This document shows, one piece after another, positions 35,100-45,116 of a stretch of 64,000 nt of DNA. The notes below the pieces were generated by a model, which had not been told where the DNA came from, made no database searches, and saw nothing but the letters and a program-made list of their open reading frames with translations. The position numbers and the translations under genes are program-made. The stretch covers positions 16,629-80,628 of the forward strand of contig JALXFE010000073.1 of NCBI GenBank assembly GCA_027069135.1, read 5' to 3'. The stretch's first letter is position 1; every line of letters begins with the position of its first letter. Source of the stretch: Thermoanaerobaculia bacterium. Lineage in GTDB: Bacteria; Acidobacteriota; Thermoanaerobaculia; Multivoradales; JAHZIX01.

Positions 35100-35322
35100 T
35101 TCTTTTCCTTTTTTCTTCTTCTGTAGGGAGAGCTTTCAAGCTCTCGGCTTGCCTGCCTCGTTCCTGGCCGCCCGGTTCTGCTGGCCACAGGGCCGCAGCG
35201 ATGAGGCGATCCACTCGCTCCTGAGGCACATCGGTGTCCTCAGGGCAAGCCGGAAATCCGGACGGAGGTCCGGCATCGGGCAGGGAGCACTTGGGCCGCG
35301 CCGTGGATCGGCGCGGCTTGAC

Positions 35323-35592
35323 TTATTTGCGGAGCCCTAGGCGCTTGATCATGCTCCGGTAGCGCTCGATGTCCTGTCGGGCCATGTAATCGAGCAACCG
35401 GCGGCGGCGGCCGACGAGCTTGAGCAGCCCGCGGCGGCCGTGGTGGTCTTTCTTGTGAATTTTGAAATGCTCTGTCAGCTCCACGATGCGCTTCGTGAGC
35501 AAGGCGACCTGCACTTCCGGCGAACCCGTATCGTGCTCGCCGAGCTGGTACTCATCGATGACTGCCTTCTTGGCTTCGGTTGTAAGGGGCAA
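35323..35592 (-). CDS. rpsO: 30S ribosomal protein S15 (TTG start)
   Basis: [47 protein letters not shown]. Confidence 0.99.
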   Translation of the reverse strand: MPLTTEAKKAVIDEYQLGEHDTGSPEVQVALLTKRIVELTEHFKIHKKDHHGRRGLLKLVGRRRRLLDYMARQDIERYRSMIKRLGLRK

Positions 35593-35672
35593 CGTAAACT
35601 CCTCCGTCTCTTCTTTTTATCCGCGCGAGTCTAGCATACGCGGGGCGGTTTTTCTTCTTTGGTACGAGTGCT

Positions 35673-36602
35673 TCAAGGGCCTTCCTGAAAGACCACTTTG
35701 GGTTGTATGACGCCGACCCCACGACTTCCAATCCGTTCGACGACGGAGCCGACGGCCACGAATTGTCGACGCTGGGAAACCAACTTGACCCAATCCCCTT
35801 CCTCGCCTTCCAAGTCCCGCACGAGAATCGTCTGACCGTGGAGCAGTCGACCCTCCTGCTGGGCGTCGGTGACGATCTGGGGAAAGGGCATGGGGATTTC
35901 GTCAAAGGGGATGAAGGAAGCACCGAGCGCTTCTCCCCCTCCCTCGCCCCCCGGTTGGAAGCGCTCTTCGATCGCTTCCATGGTTAGGGCTTGAGCGATC
36001 TTGAACGTTCCTACCTGGAGCCTTCGCAGGCTCGAGAGATTGGCGCCGCAACCGAGGCCCTGGCCGACGTCGTGGGCGAGAGATCGGGCATAGGTACCGG
36101 AAGAGCAGCCGAGGCGGAAATGGATTCGGTCCTCCCGGAGCGGCCCCGTCGGCAAGAATTCATAGACGGTCACCGGCTTGGTCTCCTGAGGTACCTCTTC
36201 GCCGCGGCGGGCTAGCTCATAGTACTTCTGGCCTCGAATCTTCTTGGCCGAGTAGCGCGGCGGAGCTTGTTGGATCTCGCCCTCGAAGGTCGCCATCATG
36301 TCGGCGACCGCCGCTTCGGTGACCTCCGCGGTAGATCTTTCGGCCACGGTTTTGCCGCTGGCGTCGTAGGTGTCGGTCTCGCGGCCGAGGTGGATCTCAC
36401 CTTCGTAGACCTTCGGCGCCCGGATCAGAAATCGGGTGAGGCGCGTCGCGCGACCGAGGGTCAAAAGGAGAAGGCCCGTGGCACTCGGGTCGAGGGTGCC
36501 GCAGTGGCCGATCTTCTTCTGACGAAGAACTCGCCGACATTGCTGGACGATGTCGTGGGAGGTACAGCCTCCGTGTTTGTCGACGAGGAGCAATCCATCC
36601 AT
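35673..36602 (-). CDS. truB: tRNA pseudouridine(55) synthase
   Basis: LLVDKHGGCTSHD, KIGHCGTLDPSATGLL, PPRYSAKK, CSSGTYARSLAHDVG. Confidence 0.97.
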   Translation of the reverse strand: MDGLLLVDKHGGCTSHDIVQQCRRVLRQKKIGHCGTLDPSATGLLLLTLGRATRLTRFLIRAPKVYEGEIHLGRETDTYDASGKTVAERSTAEVTEAAVADMMATFEGEIQQAPPRYSAKKIRGQKYYELARRGEEVPQETKPVTVYEFLPTGPLREDRIHFRLGCSSGTYARSLAHDVGQGLGCGANLSSLRRLQVGTFKIAQALTMEAIEERFQPGGEGGGEALGASFIPFDEIPMPFPQIVTDAQQEGRLLHGQTILVRDLEGEEGDWVKLVSQRRQFVAVGSVVERIGSRGVGVIQPKVVFQEGP

Positions 36603-36608
36603 GATGAG

Positions 36609-37589
36609 CTATTCCAACGCGCCTCTGAGGGCGGTGACGATCAACGTTTCTACTTCTTCGGGGGTGCCGGTGAGCTTGCAGCCAGCCGCATTATTATGCC
36701 CACCGCCGTCAAAGCCGCGAGCGACGAGCTCGACATTGGCTCGGCCGCGGCTTCTCAGGGAGGCTTTGACCTGGCCCTCCTCGAGGTTGCGAAGAAGAGC
36801 GACCACCTCGACTCCGGCAATGGATCTTGGAATATCGATGAGGCCTTCAGCGTCTCCCGGAGCGGCACCGCTCGCTTCGAACATCGCAGGCGTCAACCAC
36901 GCGGTGGCCACCTCGCCGTCGCCGTGCAGCCGCAGGCTCGAGATCATCTGGCCCATGAGCCGTATGGTCGCCGGTGGCTGACTCTCGTAGACCCATTGGG
37001 CCACCCGTTCCGGTTTGGCCCCGCTCTCCACCAGCCTCGCCGCGGCTCGAAAGGCAGCGGGGGAGGCGTTTGAAAAACGGAAGCCGCCGGTGTCCGTCAC
37101 CAGGGCCACCAGGAGCAGGGTCGCCGTCTCGGCGTCGATCGGCGCTCCGAGAGCGTCCGCCAGCCGGAGAACCATCTCGCCGACCGCCGGCGCAGCGGGT
37201 TCCACCCATGGATCCTCGCCGTAGAAGGAATTTCCCAGGTGATGGTCGATATTGAGCAGGGGAGCCAAACGGAGATGTTCTTCGAGGCCGCTACGGTCCA
37301 AGGTCGGGCATTCGAGGACGACGACCCGTTGGTAGCTCTCCGGATAGCCCACCGGCGGATCGGGCCCCAAGTGGATCGTCGAGGCACCGGGAAGGGCCTG
37401 GTAGATGCTCGGGGGCGGGTCGCGGAGCCACACCCGGGAGGTTTTCCCAAGACTTTCGAGAATCCGCGCGAGGCCCAGGGAGGTGCCGACGGCGTCGCCG
37501 TCCGGGTGAATATGGCTGGTGATGAGGACGTTCTCGGCCTCCTCGAGGAGACCGACCAAACGCTCAGGAGGAGGGCTCGGGACGGACAT
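36609..37589 (-). CDS. nrnA: DHH-family bifunctional oligoribonuclease/PAP phosphatase
   Basis: SHIHPDGDAVG, NIDHH, LVTDTGGF, KASLRS, GGGHNNAAG. Confidence 0.92.
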   Translation of the reverse strand: MSVPSPPPERLVGLLEEAENVLITSHIHPDGDAVGTSLGLARILESLGKTSRVWLRDPPPSIYQALPGASTIHLGPDPPVGYPESYQRVVVLECPTLDRSGLEEHLRLAPLLNIDHHLGNSFYGEDPWVEPAAPAVGEMVLRLADALGAPIDAETATLLLVALVTDTGGFRFSNASPAAFRAAARLVESGAKPERVAQWVYESQPPATIRLMGQMISSLRLHGDGEVATAWLTPAMFEASGAAPGDAEGLIDIPRSIAGVEVVALLRNLEEGQVKASLRSRGRANVELVARGFDGGGHNNAAGCKLTGTPEEVETLIVTALRGALE

Positions 37590-37920
37590 CCAACTCCTCC
37601 AACAATTCCGAGATCCGCTGACTGTGCTCAGCGCCGCGGTCGAGCTCCAGGACCAACTCCGGTGTCGTTCGCAGGCGCAAGCGGCGGGCGAGCTGGGTTC
37701 GCAGAAATCCTGCGGCGTGGGTCAGACCCTCCAACGCTGATGTCCGGTCCTCGTCTTCTCCTAACACGGAGACCTTGACCCGAGCGCGGCTCAAATCCCC
37801 GGTGACCTCGACGCTGACGACGGTGGCGAGACGGACGCGAGGGTCCTTGAGCTGGTGAAGGATCAGATCGTTGAGCTCCGTACGGAGAAGCTCGGCGACT
37901 CGGTCGGTACGGCGGGTCAT
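37564..37920 (-). CDS. rbfA: Ribosome-binding factor A
   Basis: RTDRVAELLR..LKDPRV..VEVTGDLSRARV..AAGFLRTQLARRLRLRTTPEL. Confidence 0.96.
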   Translation of the reverse strand: MTRRTDRVAELLRTELNDLILHQLKDPRVRLATVVSVEVTGDLSRARVKVSVLGEDEDRTSALEGLTHAAGFLRTQLARRLRLRTTPELVLELDRGAEHSQRISELLEELDVRPEPSS

Positions 37921-38231
37921 GGTGAAAGATACTCGCTGTTGGATTCCATGGTGAGGATCTCGGGGTTCCAGACGGTTACGAAGGCTTCCGGCTCCGCTTC
38001 TACGACCGATCTCAAATCTTCGAGAAGGTGTTCGATTTCCTGCTCTCGTTGACCCACGGCGGCCAAGGAAATCTCGGCTCGCTGGTGGAGGTCGTGGAAA
38101 TCCGTTTCGGCGGTGGAAATCCTGTAACGTTTGTGAAGCCTCTCAATCAGGCTTTTGACGATCTTCCTCTTTCCTTTGAGCGAACGCACTCCGGGAAGGT
38201 GAAGCTCACACACTGCGACTCCGACCACCAT
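37917..38231 (-). CDS. DUF503 (YlxP-like) protein
   Basis: LHLPGVRSLKGKRKIVKSLIERL..ISTAETDFHDLHQRA; conserved position between infB and rbfA. Confidence 0.9.
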   Translation of the reverse strand: MVVGVAVCELHLPGVRSLKGKRKIVKSLIERLHKRYRISTAETDFHDLHQRAEISLAAVGQREQEIEHLLEDLRSVVEAEPEAFVTVWNPEILTMESNSEYLSP

Positions 38232-38264
38232 AGTGAACTTCGCTCGTCCGCCCTAGCCCTCGGA

Positions 38265-40793
38265 TCAGAGGGTGGCTGCTACCTCTTCGCGAGTGAACGC
38301 CTCGATGACATCGCCCGGTTTGAAGTCCTGGTACCGCTCGAGAGCGATACCGCAATCGAAGCCGTTTCGAACCTCGGCTGCATCGTCCTTGAAACGACGC
38401 AGAGAAGCGACTTTGCCCTCGTAGACGACGACGCTGTCGCGGACCAGCCGTACCGCAGAATTTCGGCGTACCAGGCCCTCCACCACGTGACAGCCGGCGA
38501 TGGCACCGAATTTTGGGACCTTGAAGGTGTCGCGGACCTCGGCCCGACCCTGGCTGACCTCCTTGATCGTAGGCTCCAAGAGTCCGGCCATGGCCATACG
38601 AAGCTCGTCCACAAGCTCGTAGATGACCGTATGAAGGCGGAGGTCGACTTCTTCTTTGTCCGCCAGGTCGCGGGCGTTGCGCTCGGGTCGGACGTTGAAT
38701 CCCAGGACCACCGCGTTGGAAGCTGAGGCCAGAAGGACGTCGTTGGTGGAGATACCACCGATCCCGGTGCTGATGACCCGCACCTTGACCTTGTCCGTCG
38801 CCAGCTTGTGGAGAGTGTCCTTGAGCACTTCTATCGAGCCCTGGACATCGGCCTTGAGGACGACGGGAAGCTCCTTGATCTCACCGGTCTCGATTTGGCT
38901 GAAGAGTTGATCCAAGGAGAGCTTCGCCGGGGCGCCGCTCAAGATCCGTTGCCGATCCTCATGTTTGCGGAACCCGGCGATGCTGCGAGCCTTGGCCTCA
39001 TCCTCGAGGACCTGAAAGGTGTCGCCAGCAGCGGGGATGTCGTTGAGGCCGGTGATTTCCACCGGCGTCGCCGGTCCCGCCTCCGTGATCCGCTCTCCGA
39101 GATCCGTCGTCATGGCTCGCAGACGGCCGTAGGTCTTGCCGGAAACGAAGCTGTCTCCGATGCGCAAAGTGCCGTTCTGAACCAGCAGGGTAGCGATGAT
39201 TCCGCGACCGATCTCCTTGCGAGCCTCGATGACGAAGCCCTGGGCGGGAACCTCCGTGCTCGCTTTGAGCTCGAGGATTTCCGCGTTGAGGAGAATCATC
39301 TCCAAGAGCTCCCCGATGCCTTCGTTCTTGAGCGCGGAAATCGGCACCGAGACGGTGTCGCCACCCCAATCCTCGACCAGGAGGTTGTGGTCTGCGAGCT
39401 CTTTCTTGACCCGGTCCGGGTTGGCGTTGTCCTTGTCGATCTTGTTGATGGCAACGATGATCGGGACGTCCGCCGCCCGGGCATGATCGATGGCCTCGAT
39501 GGTCTGCGGCATGACTCCGTCGTCCGCCGCCACCACGAGGATGACGATGTCCGTAACCTTGGCTCCACGGGCACGCATCGAGGTGAAGGCCTCATGACCG
39601 GGGGTGTCGAGGAAGACGATTTTCTTGCCTTCGTGCTCCACGGCATAGGCACCGATGTGCTGCGTGATCCCCCCGAACTCGCCCTCGGTGACCTTGGAGG
39701 AGCGGATGGCGTCGAGAAGGGAAGTCTTGCCGTGGTCGACGTGACCCATGATGGTCACCACCGGCGCGCGGGGCTCCGTCTTGGCACTTCCGGATTCGCC
39801 CAGCTCGGCTTCGTGGTGGAATTGGGCTTCTTCTTCGAAGCTGACCACCATGGTCTCGACGTTGAGGTCCGCGGCGACTTGTTCCGCCAGCTCGGTGCTC
39901 AACACGTTGTTGATGTTGGCCATCACGCCCCGCTGGAATAAGGTCTGGATCAAGTCCTTCGACTTGACGCCGAGTTTTTCCGCGAACTCACGCACGGTCA
40001 TCCCTTCGGAGAGGAGAACCGGTCCCTCGGGCGCCGAACCCTTGAACTCGAGCTTCTTGGGCGGCAAGGTCGGACGAGGTTCCTTGCGGCGCTCGTGACG
40101 CCGACGTCCGGGACGAAATCTGTTGCCACCGGGGCGGCGCCGGGCGATGGTCGCCGAAGGCCGGATAGGAGCCGAGGGGGTAGCCCGCTGCACCGGATCC
40201 TTGCTGACCGTGGCCCGTTTCAGATGGCGCCCTTGATCCTTTTCTTTCGGAGCCGCGGGTTTGGGAGAGGCGGTGGAAGCCGCCTTCTGTGGCGCCGGTG
40301 AGGCCGGAGTGCTCTTGCCGGCCGGAGGAACCGCGATCGAGGGCTTGTCGGCTTGCACCGGAGCCTGCTCGATGGGCGCTTTGGCCGCCGGGGCTTGCGC
40401 TGCCGGAGCGGCCACCTCGGCGGGAGCTTCCACGACGGGGGGCGGAGCGGGTTGAGCCCTCTCCGTCACCGGCAGAGTCTTGATCCTCGACTCGACCTTC
40501 TGAATCACCGACCGGGGTCGGCTCGGGCGAAGCGGATTGGTCGGCGGACGCCGTGGCGGCAAGACCGGAGGACGCCGTACGCCGGGGCCCATCGGGGCAC
40601 TCTCGCCATCACGAAGGATAACCTCACGGGGATGGGGAAGTTGTTTGCCCTTCAGGATGGCCTGGAGGGTGTCCGTGTCGATTTGTGCATCATCACCCTC
40701 GATGCGCACGCCGATCGACTTCAGCTTGAACATCAGGTCCTGGTGGGGAATCCCCATCATTCGGGCCAGGTCTTGGATCGGAATCTTTCCCAT
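38265..40793 (-). CDS. infB: Translation initiation factor IF-2
   Basis: [58 protein letters not shown]. Start taken at [11 protein letters not shown] (40793). Confidence 0.99.
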   Translation of the reverse strand: MGKIPIQDLARMMGIPHQDLMFKLKSIGVRIEGDDAQIDTDTLQAILKGKQLPHPREVILRDGESAPMGPGVRRPPVLPPRRPPTNPLRPSRPRSVIQKVESRIKTLPVTERAQPAPPPVVEAPAEVAAPAAQAPAAKAPIEQAPVQADKPSIAVPPAGKSTPASPAPQKAASTASPKPAAPKEKDQGRHLKRATVSKDPVQRATPSAPIRPSATIARRRPGGNRFRPGRRRHERRKEPRPTLPPKKLEFKGSAPEGPVLLSEGMTVREFAEKLGVKSKDLIQTLFQRGVMANINNVLSTELAEQVAADLNVETMVVSFEEEAQFHHEAELGESGSAKTEPRAPVVTIMGHVDHGKTSLLDAIRSSKVTEGEFGGITQHIGAYAVEHEGKKIVFLDTPGHEAFTSMRARGAKVTDIVILVVAADDGVMPQTIEAIDHARAADVPIIVAINKIDKDNANPDRVKKELADHNLLVEDWGGDTVSVPISALKNEGIGELLEMILLNAEILELKASTEVPAQGFVIEARKEIGRGIIATLLVQNGTLRIGDSFVSGKTYGRLRAMTTDLGERITEAGPATPVEITGLNDIPAAGDTFQVLEDEAKARSIAGFRKHEDRQRILSGAPAKLSLDQLFSQIETGEIKELPVVLKADVQGSIEVLKDTLHKLATDKVKVRVISTGIGGISTNDVLLASASNAVVLGFNVRPERNARDLADKEEVDLRLHTVIYELVDELRMAMAGLLEPTIKEVSQGRAEVRDTFKVPKFGAIAGCHVVEGLVRRNSAVRLVRDSVVVYEGKVASLRRFKDDAAEVRNGFDCGIALERYQDFKPGDVIEAFTREEVAATL

Positions 40794-40887
40794 CAGTCGG
40801 TTAGGTCTCCAGTCTTCATTTTCTTCGCTCTGCAGTCTCAGCGGTTGGCCCGGTCGGCTTGCCGCCGAGCCCGATTGCCAGAATCTC

Positions 40888-42432
40888 TTAGCCTTCACCC
40901 TCTGCGGGCTCGGTCTTCTTCGCGTCATCCGCTTCGGTTTCCACTTCGCCGCCGGCCGGCTCTTGGAGCTCCTCGCTCTCTTGGAAGGCTCGGCTCAAGG
41001 CCGCCATGAAGTCATCGTCGGCCATGGCATTCGAGGCCGGTGCCTCGTCATCCTCCTGGGCCAGCTGGAACTCTGCCCCGATCCCGTCGTGGTCCCGTTG
41101 AGCGTCTCTCTCAAGGGCCCATTCGAGAATGCCTTCGGCGAGCTTGGGGCCGATCCCTTCGATCTCCCGGAGATCTTCTGAAGTCGCCTCGAGGAGAGCG
41201 TTGAGGGTTCCCAGTCCCGTCGCCTGCATGGCCTCGGCGGTCTTGTCGCCAACGCCGGGAATGTCACTCAAGGTCAGCTCGATGTCCGGCTTGCGGACGG
41301 GTTTTGGCCCTTCTTCCTCGCCCGCCAGGGCAGTCTGCAGCATGCGAGCCAGGGCGTCGGCCACCTCGTCCTTGACGTCCGATTCGCTCTTGATATCGAT
41401 GCGGGCACCGATGAGCTCGGAGGCCAGACGGACGTTCTGGCCTCGTTTTCCGATCGCCAGGGAAAGTTGCTCGTCTTCCACGATGACGTCGAGATGCGGG
41501 TATTCGCCGTGGTGGGTGACGGAGACACGGGTGATCTTCGCCGGTGCCAAGGCACTCTGAGCGAAGGTCACCAGGTCGTCACTGAATTCGATGATGTCGA
41601 TCTTCTCGCCACGGAGCTCCCGGATGATGGATTGCACTCGGGAACCCTTCATCCCGACGCAGGCCCCGACGGGGTCGACGTCCCTTTCACGGCTGAAGAC
41701 GGCGACCTTAGCGCGCTCCCCGGGCGCCCGCACGGCACTCTTGATGACCACCGTCGCATCGTAGATTTCAGGGACTTCCATTTCGAAGAGCTTGACGAGG
41801 AGTCTCGGATCGGTGCGGGAGAGGATGATCTGGGGGCCCTTGGGCAGGGTGTGGACATCGACGATCACGCCCCGGATGCGTTCTCCCTGACTGTAACGTT
41901 CGTGGCGCGACTGCTCGTTGCGGGGTACGACGGCTTCGGTCCGGCCGAGGTCGACGATGACGTCACCTCTCTCGAAACGCTTGACCGTACCGTTGAGGAT
42001 TTCTCCCACCCGGTCGATGTACTCGCCGTGGATTTTTTCCCGCTCTGCCTCCCGAATCCGCTGATATAGGACCTGCTTTGCAGATTGAGCCGCGATGCGG
42101 CCGAGCCCTTCCGTCGAGACCGGGATGAGAACTTCGCCGCCGACCTCGACCTCGGTCTCCGGGTCATGCTCCCGGGCTTCCTCCAAAGTCCACTCCGCGA
42201 GAGGGTCCTCGACTTCTTCCACGATGGTCCGGACGATGAAAGCGTCCATCTTGCCGGTTTCGGTGTTGAGAGTCGCCCGAACCGGCTCCTTGATCCGATG
42301 TTGCTTCTTCGCCGCCGACGCCATGGCGTCTTCTAAGGCGCGGATCCAGCGCTCGAGGTCGATATCTTTCTCTCGAGACACCTGCTGGAGGATGTCGTGC
42401 AGATTGATCTCAGCGGTCTGTGCTTGAGCCAT
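40888..42432 (-). CDS. nusA: Transcription termination/antitermination factor NusA with C-terminal HhH extension
   Basis: GRIAAQSAKQV, S1 domain, LSRTDP, RAPGERAKVAV, DPVGACVGMKGSRVQ, SLAIGKRGQNVRLAS. Confidence 0.99.
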   Translation of the reverse strand: MAQAQTAEINLHDILQQVSREKDIDLERWIRALEDAMASAAKKQHRIKEPVRATLNTETGKMDAFIVRTIVEEVEDPLAEWTLEEAREHDPETEVEVGGEVLIPVSTEGLGRIAAQSAKQVLYQRIREAEREKIHGEYIDRVGEILNGTVKRFERGDVIVDLGRTEAVVPRNEQSRHERYSQGERIRGVIVDVHTLPKGPQIILSRTDPRLLVKLFEMEVPEIYDATVVIKSAVRAPGERAKVAVFSRERDVDPVGACVGMKGSRVQSIIRELRGEKIDIIEFSDDLVTFAQSALAPAKITRVSVTHHGEYPHLDVIVEDEQLSLAIGKRGQNVRLASELIGARIDIKSESDVKDEVADALARMLQTALAGEEEGPKPVRKPDIELTLSDIPGVGDKTAEAMQATGLGTLNALLEATSEDLREIEGIGPKLAEGILEWALERDAQRDHDGIGAEFQLAQEDDEAPASNAMADDDFMAALSRAFQESEELQEPAGGEVETEADDAKKTEPAEGEG

Positions 42433-42447
42433 CGCTGTAGCGTCTTC

Positions 42448-42927
42448 CTATAGTTCAATTTCTAGCCGGGCCTTCTCGATGTCCACCAAACGGACGGAGA
42501 AGGTATCCCCGGCAATATCGCCACGTTTCGTCGTCCGCTCTTCCTGCAGCGTGACGATCTCACCATCAAATCCCTGAAGCCGCCCTACCAAGGTAGAACG
42601 GGCACCGTCTTCCGGATGGCGCACTGTAAGACGAGCGAGGTGCCCCTCGAAACGTCCGTAGTCTTCCGGACGGTAGAGAGGACGGTCCAAGCCTGGAGAT
42701 CCGACCTCCAGAACGTACTTGCGGGGACCAAAGTCCAGGACGTCGAGCATCGCCGAAGCCTGCCTCGAGACCCGCTCGCAGTGGCTGAGGGTAACACCAT
42801 CTGGCCGATCGAGGATCAAGCGAAGAGTACCGCCTTGAAATTCGGCGTGGACGAGCTCACACTCCTCCCCTTGGGCGATCGCTGTCAGCTCCTCCAAGAG
42901 GGCTGGATCGAAATCCTTCTGTGCCAT
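42448..42927 (-). CDS. rimP: Ribosome maturation factor RimP
   Basis: GVTLSHCERVSR..YVLEVGSPGLDRPL; first gene of the nusA-infB operon. Confidence 0.96.
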   Translation of the reverse strand: MAQKDFDPALLEELTAIAQGEECELVHAEFQGGTLRLILDRPDGVTLSHCERVSRQASAMLDVLDFGPRKYVLEVGSPGLDRPLYRPEDYGRFEGHLARLTVRHPEDGARSTLVGRLQGFDGEIVTLQEERTTKRGDIAGDTFSVRLVDIEKARLEIEL

Positions 42928-43009
42928 GGCTCGCGTCTCTACGTACTCGTCGGCTCTGTCGCGGGCCCGTGCAGCAGCGTCTCGATGCTGGAAGCAGTTG
43001 GATCCGTGA

Positions 43010-43112
43010 AGGCTGCCCTTCCTGAAGGCAATAAACTTAAAGGCTGCCTTTTCTAGGAGGCTGCCTCTCCTAAGAGGCTGCCTCTCCTAAGAGACTGCCT
43101 TTCCTAAGAGAC
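43010..43112. repeat. 17-bp tandem array in the rimP leader (4 contiguous units plus 1 upstream degenerate unit)
   Basis: Units: 43041 AGGCTGCCTTTTCTAGG, 43058 and 43075 AGGCTGCCTCTCCTAAG, 43092 AGACTGCCTTTCCTAAG; related copy at 43010 AGGCTGCCCTTCCTGAAG. Confidence 0.92.
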
Positions 43113-43114
43113 AA

Positions 43115-43140
43115 TAAAAAAGTGGGCAACCTCGCCCACC
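43115..43140 (-). terminator. rimP-leader attenuator hairpin
   Basis: GGTGGGC-GAGGTT-GCCCAC followed by TTTTTT upstream of rimP; matches the GGGC..GCCC rimP-leader terminator pattern. Confidence 0.75.
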
Positions 43141-43173
43141 GGACCCCCTCCCGCGAGGCGAGCCTAAGCCGGG

Positions 43174-43202
43174 AGTATAGACTGGTACCCAGGCAAGTTC
43201 AA
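43174..43202 (-). promoter_or_regulatory. Sigma-70 promoter of the rimP-nusA-infB operon
   Basis: TTGAAC (43202-43197), 17-bp spacer, TATACT (43179-43174). Confidence 0.7.
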
Positions 43203-43509
43203 CCGTCTCCTTTCGCGTCCAAGCCGGAGCATTCCTGGGCGGGATCGCCGTCTCGGAGGCTACTTCATCCGCCTCGGGGCCCTGGGAGGCTGCCAAAATG
43301 ACGCTTCAGGGCAGCGGTCGGCCGCGGAAAAGGCTCGCCGGGTGCTGCTATCGGCCCGGAAACGGCACAAAATCTTGGGAAGTCGCCGAAGGTTTCTTCC
43401 CTTTCGGCGGATGGCAAGCAGCTTGCATCGGGTCAAGAACCGGAAGGCCGGAACTCGGCAAGGCCGTTTTCGATCCTAAAGCGACGAGAATCAAACCACC
43501 AGGGAGATA

Positions 43510-45039
43510 ATGAGCACCATGGACAACCAACCTCGCAGCCGTCAATTCGCGACGATGATGCTGCTCTTCGGAGCCGTGATCTTTGGCATGGTGTTAGCGG
43601 GTAGCGCCGGTCTCACGCCAGTGGCCGTCAGCGGCCCGGTCAGTGTCGAGGCGACGATGCCGGCGGCGGCATCCGTAGCCATCGGGGCCAGCAGCGTACC
43701 GAGCTTCGCCGATCTCGCGGAAGCCGTTCAACCGGCGGTCGTTTCGATTCAGGCGACTTCCTTCAAACGCAGTCGCCGTCGTCAGGGAGTGGATCCTTTC
43801 GAATTCTTTTTCGGTCCCCGGAGACGGCCCGGTGGCCCCGGCCGGCAGCCATCGGAGCCGGAGGGGGAGGGGGAACGTTCCGACTCCGGAGGCAGTGGTT
43901 TTCTGGTCAGTGCCGACGGTCTGGTGGTCACCAATCATCACGTGATTCGGGACGCCAGCGAGCTCAAGGTGCAGGTCAACGACCGGGAATACAAAGCGAC
44001 GGTGAAGGGCATGGACCCGGACACCGATTTAGCGCTCTTGCAAATCGAATCGGAGGAGGCCTTTTCCTACCTTTCCCTCGGCGACAGCGAAGCGCTTCGA
44101 GTCGGTGATTGGGTCATGGCCATCGGCAGCCCACTAGCTCTGGACCACACCGTCACGGTGGGCGTGGTGAGCGCCAAAGGCCGTTCCATCGGCATTTCGG
44201 ATCGTTCCTTCGAGAATTTCATCCAGACGGACGCGGCCATCAACTTCGGGAATTCCGGCGGTCCGCTGGTGAATCTTCGTGGAGAGGTGGTCGGAATCAA
44301 CACGGCGATCAATTACGGTGCGGAGAATATCGGCTTCGCCGTTCCCGTCAGCACCCTGAAGCAGATCCTGCCGCAGCTGCGCTCCGAAGGACGGGTCAGC
44401 CGGGGTTATCTCGGCGTCGCTATCGAGAACCTGGATTACCGTTCAGCAAAGGCCTTCGGTCTCGATGCGCCGGACGGCGCTTTGGTCTACCAAGTCACTC
44501 CGGATTCCCCGGCGGAACGGGCCGGTCTGCGCCACGGCGACATCATTCTAAAAGCCGATGACCATAAGGTCTTGGAGACCCGTGACCTCATCGACTACAT
44601 CTCGAGCCGTGGCCCCGACGCGGACGTCAAGCTGACCATCCTCCGGGGTGGTAAGCGGATCCGAGAGACCGTCAAGCTGAGTGAGCGGGGCGACTTCAGT
44701 CAGGCGGCAGCAGAGCCCGAAGACGACGCCGGTGGCATCGATTGGCTGGGCATCGGCTACCGAAGCCTGACGCCGGAGCTCAAGTCTCAGCACGGAGCAC
44801 CGGAGGATCTTCAAGGGGTCTGGCTCACCCGGGTCGCCCAATCCAGCCCTCTCTTCGAGCAGGGTGTCCAACCGGGAATGGTGGTGACCGAAGTCAATGG
44901 TCAGGCGACTCCGGACGCCAAGACCTTCGAAGCGGTGGTCAAGGCCGCCAAATCCGGATCCTTCCTGCGAATTTACTGGCGAGCCTTCGACGCCCAAGGG
45001 AATACCACCGGGCGCTACGCCTTCGTCGAAGTTCCCTGA
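43510..45039 (+). CDS. Do/DegP-family periplasmic serine protease with two PDZ domains
   Basis: GSGFLVS, VTNHHV (His), DTDLALL (Asp), IQTDAAINFGNSGGPL (Ser); SRGYLGV and WLGIG PDZ starts. Confidence 0.95.
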   Translation: MSTMDNQPRSRQFATMMLLFGAVIFGMVLAGSAGLTPVAVSGPVSVEATMPAAASVAIGASSVPSFADLAEAVQPAVVSIQATSFKRSRRRQGVDPFEFFFGPRRRPGGPGRQPSEPEGEGERSDSGGSGFLVSADGLVVTNHHVIRDASELKVQVNDREYKATVKGMDPDTDLALLQIESEEAFSYLSLGDSEALRVGDWVMAIGSPLALDHTVTVGVVSAKGRSIGISDRSFENFIQTDAAINFGNSGGPLVNLRGEVVGINTAINYGAENIGFAVPVSTLKQILPQLRSEGRVSRGYLGVAIENLDYRSAKAFGLDAPDGALVYQVTPDSPAERAGLRHGDIILKADDHKVLETRDLIDYISSRGPDADVKLTILRGGKRIRETVKLSERGDFSQAAAEPEDDAGGIDWLGIGYRSLTPELKSQHGAPEDLQGVWLTRVAQSSPLFEQGVQPGMVVTEVNGQATPDAKTFEAVVKAAKSGSFLRIYWRAFDAQGNTTGRYAFVEVP

Positions 45040-45067
45040 CCCTCCCCGCTAAGAAGTGCAGCCTTTG

Positions 45068-45098
45068 AGGGCCGGTCGTTCTCGCGACCGGCCCTTTT
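45068..45098 (+). terminator. Intrinsic terminator after the DegP-like gene
   Basis: AGGGCCGGTCG-ttctcg-CGACCGGCCCT followed by TTT. Confidence 0.75.
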
Positions 45099-45116
45099 CG
45101 TATAGGGTTACGGACT

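Noticed and set aside
43010-43112. 17-bp repeats as a CRISPR array
   Set aside because: Units are contiguous with no unique spacers, too short, and no cas genes are in the window.
43363-43378. Sigma-54 promoter upstream of the degP-like gene (CGGCACAAAATCTTGG)
   Set aside because: GG-N10-GC spacing is not met (off by one and GG instead of GC).
42930-43500. tRNA gene upstream of rimP (as metY in E. coli)
   Set aside because: No cloverleaf, TTC(G/A)A T-loop in tRNA context, or CCA end could be identified.
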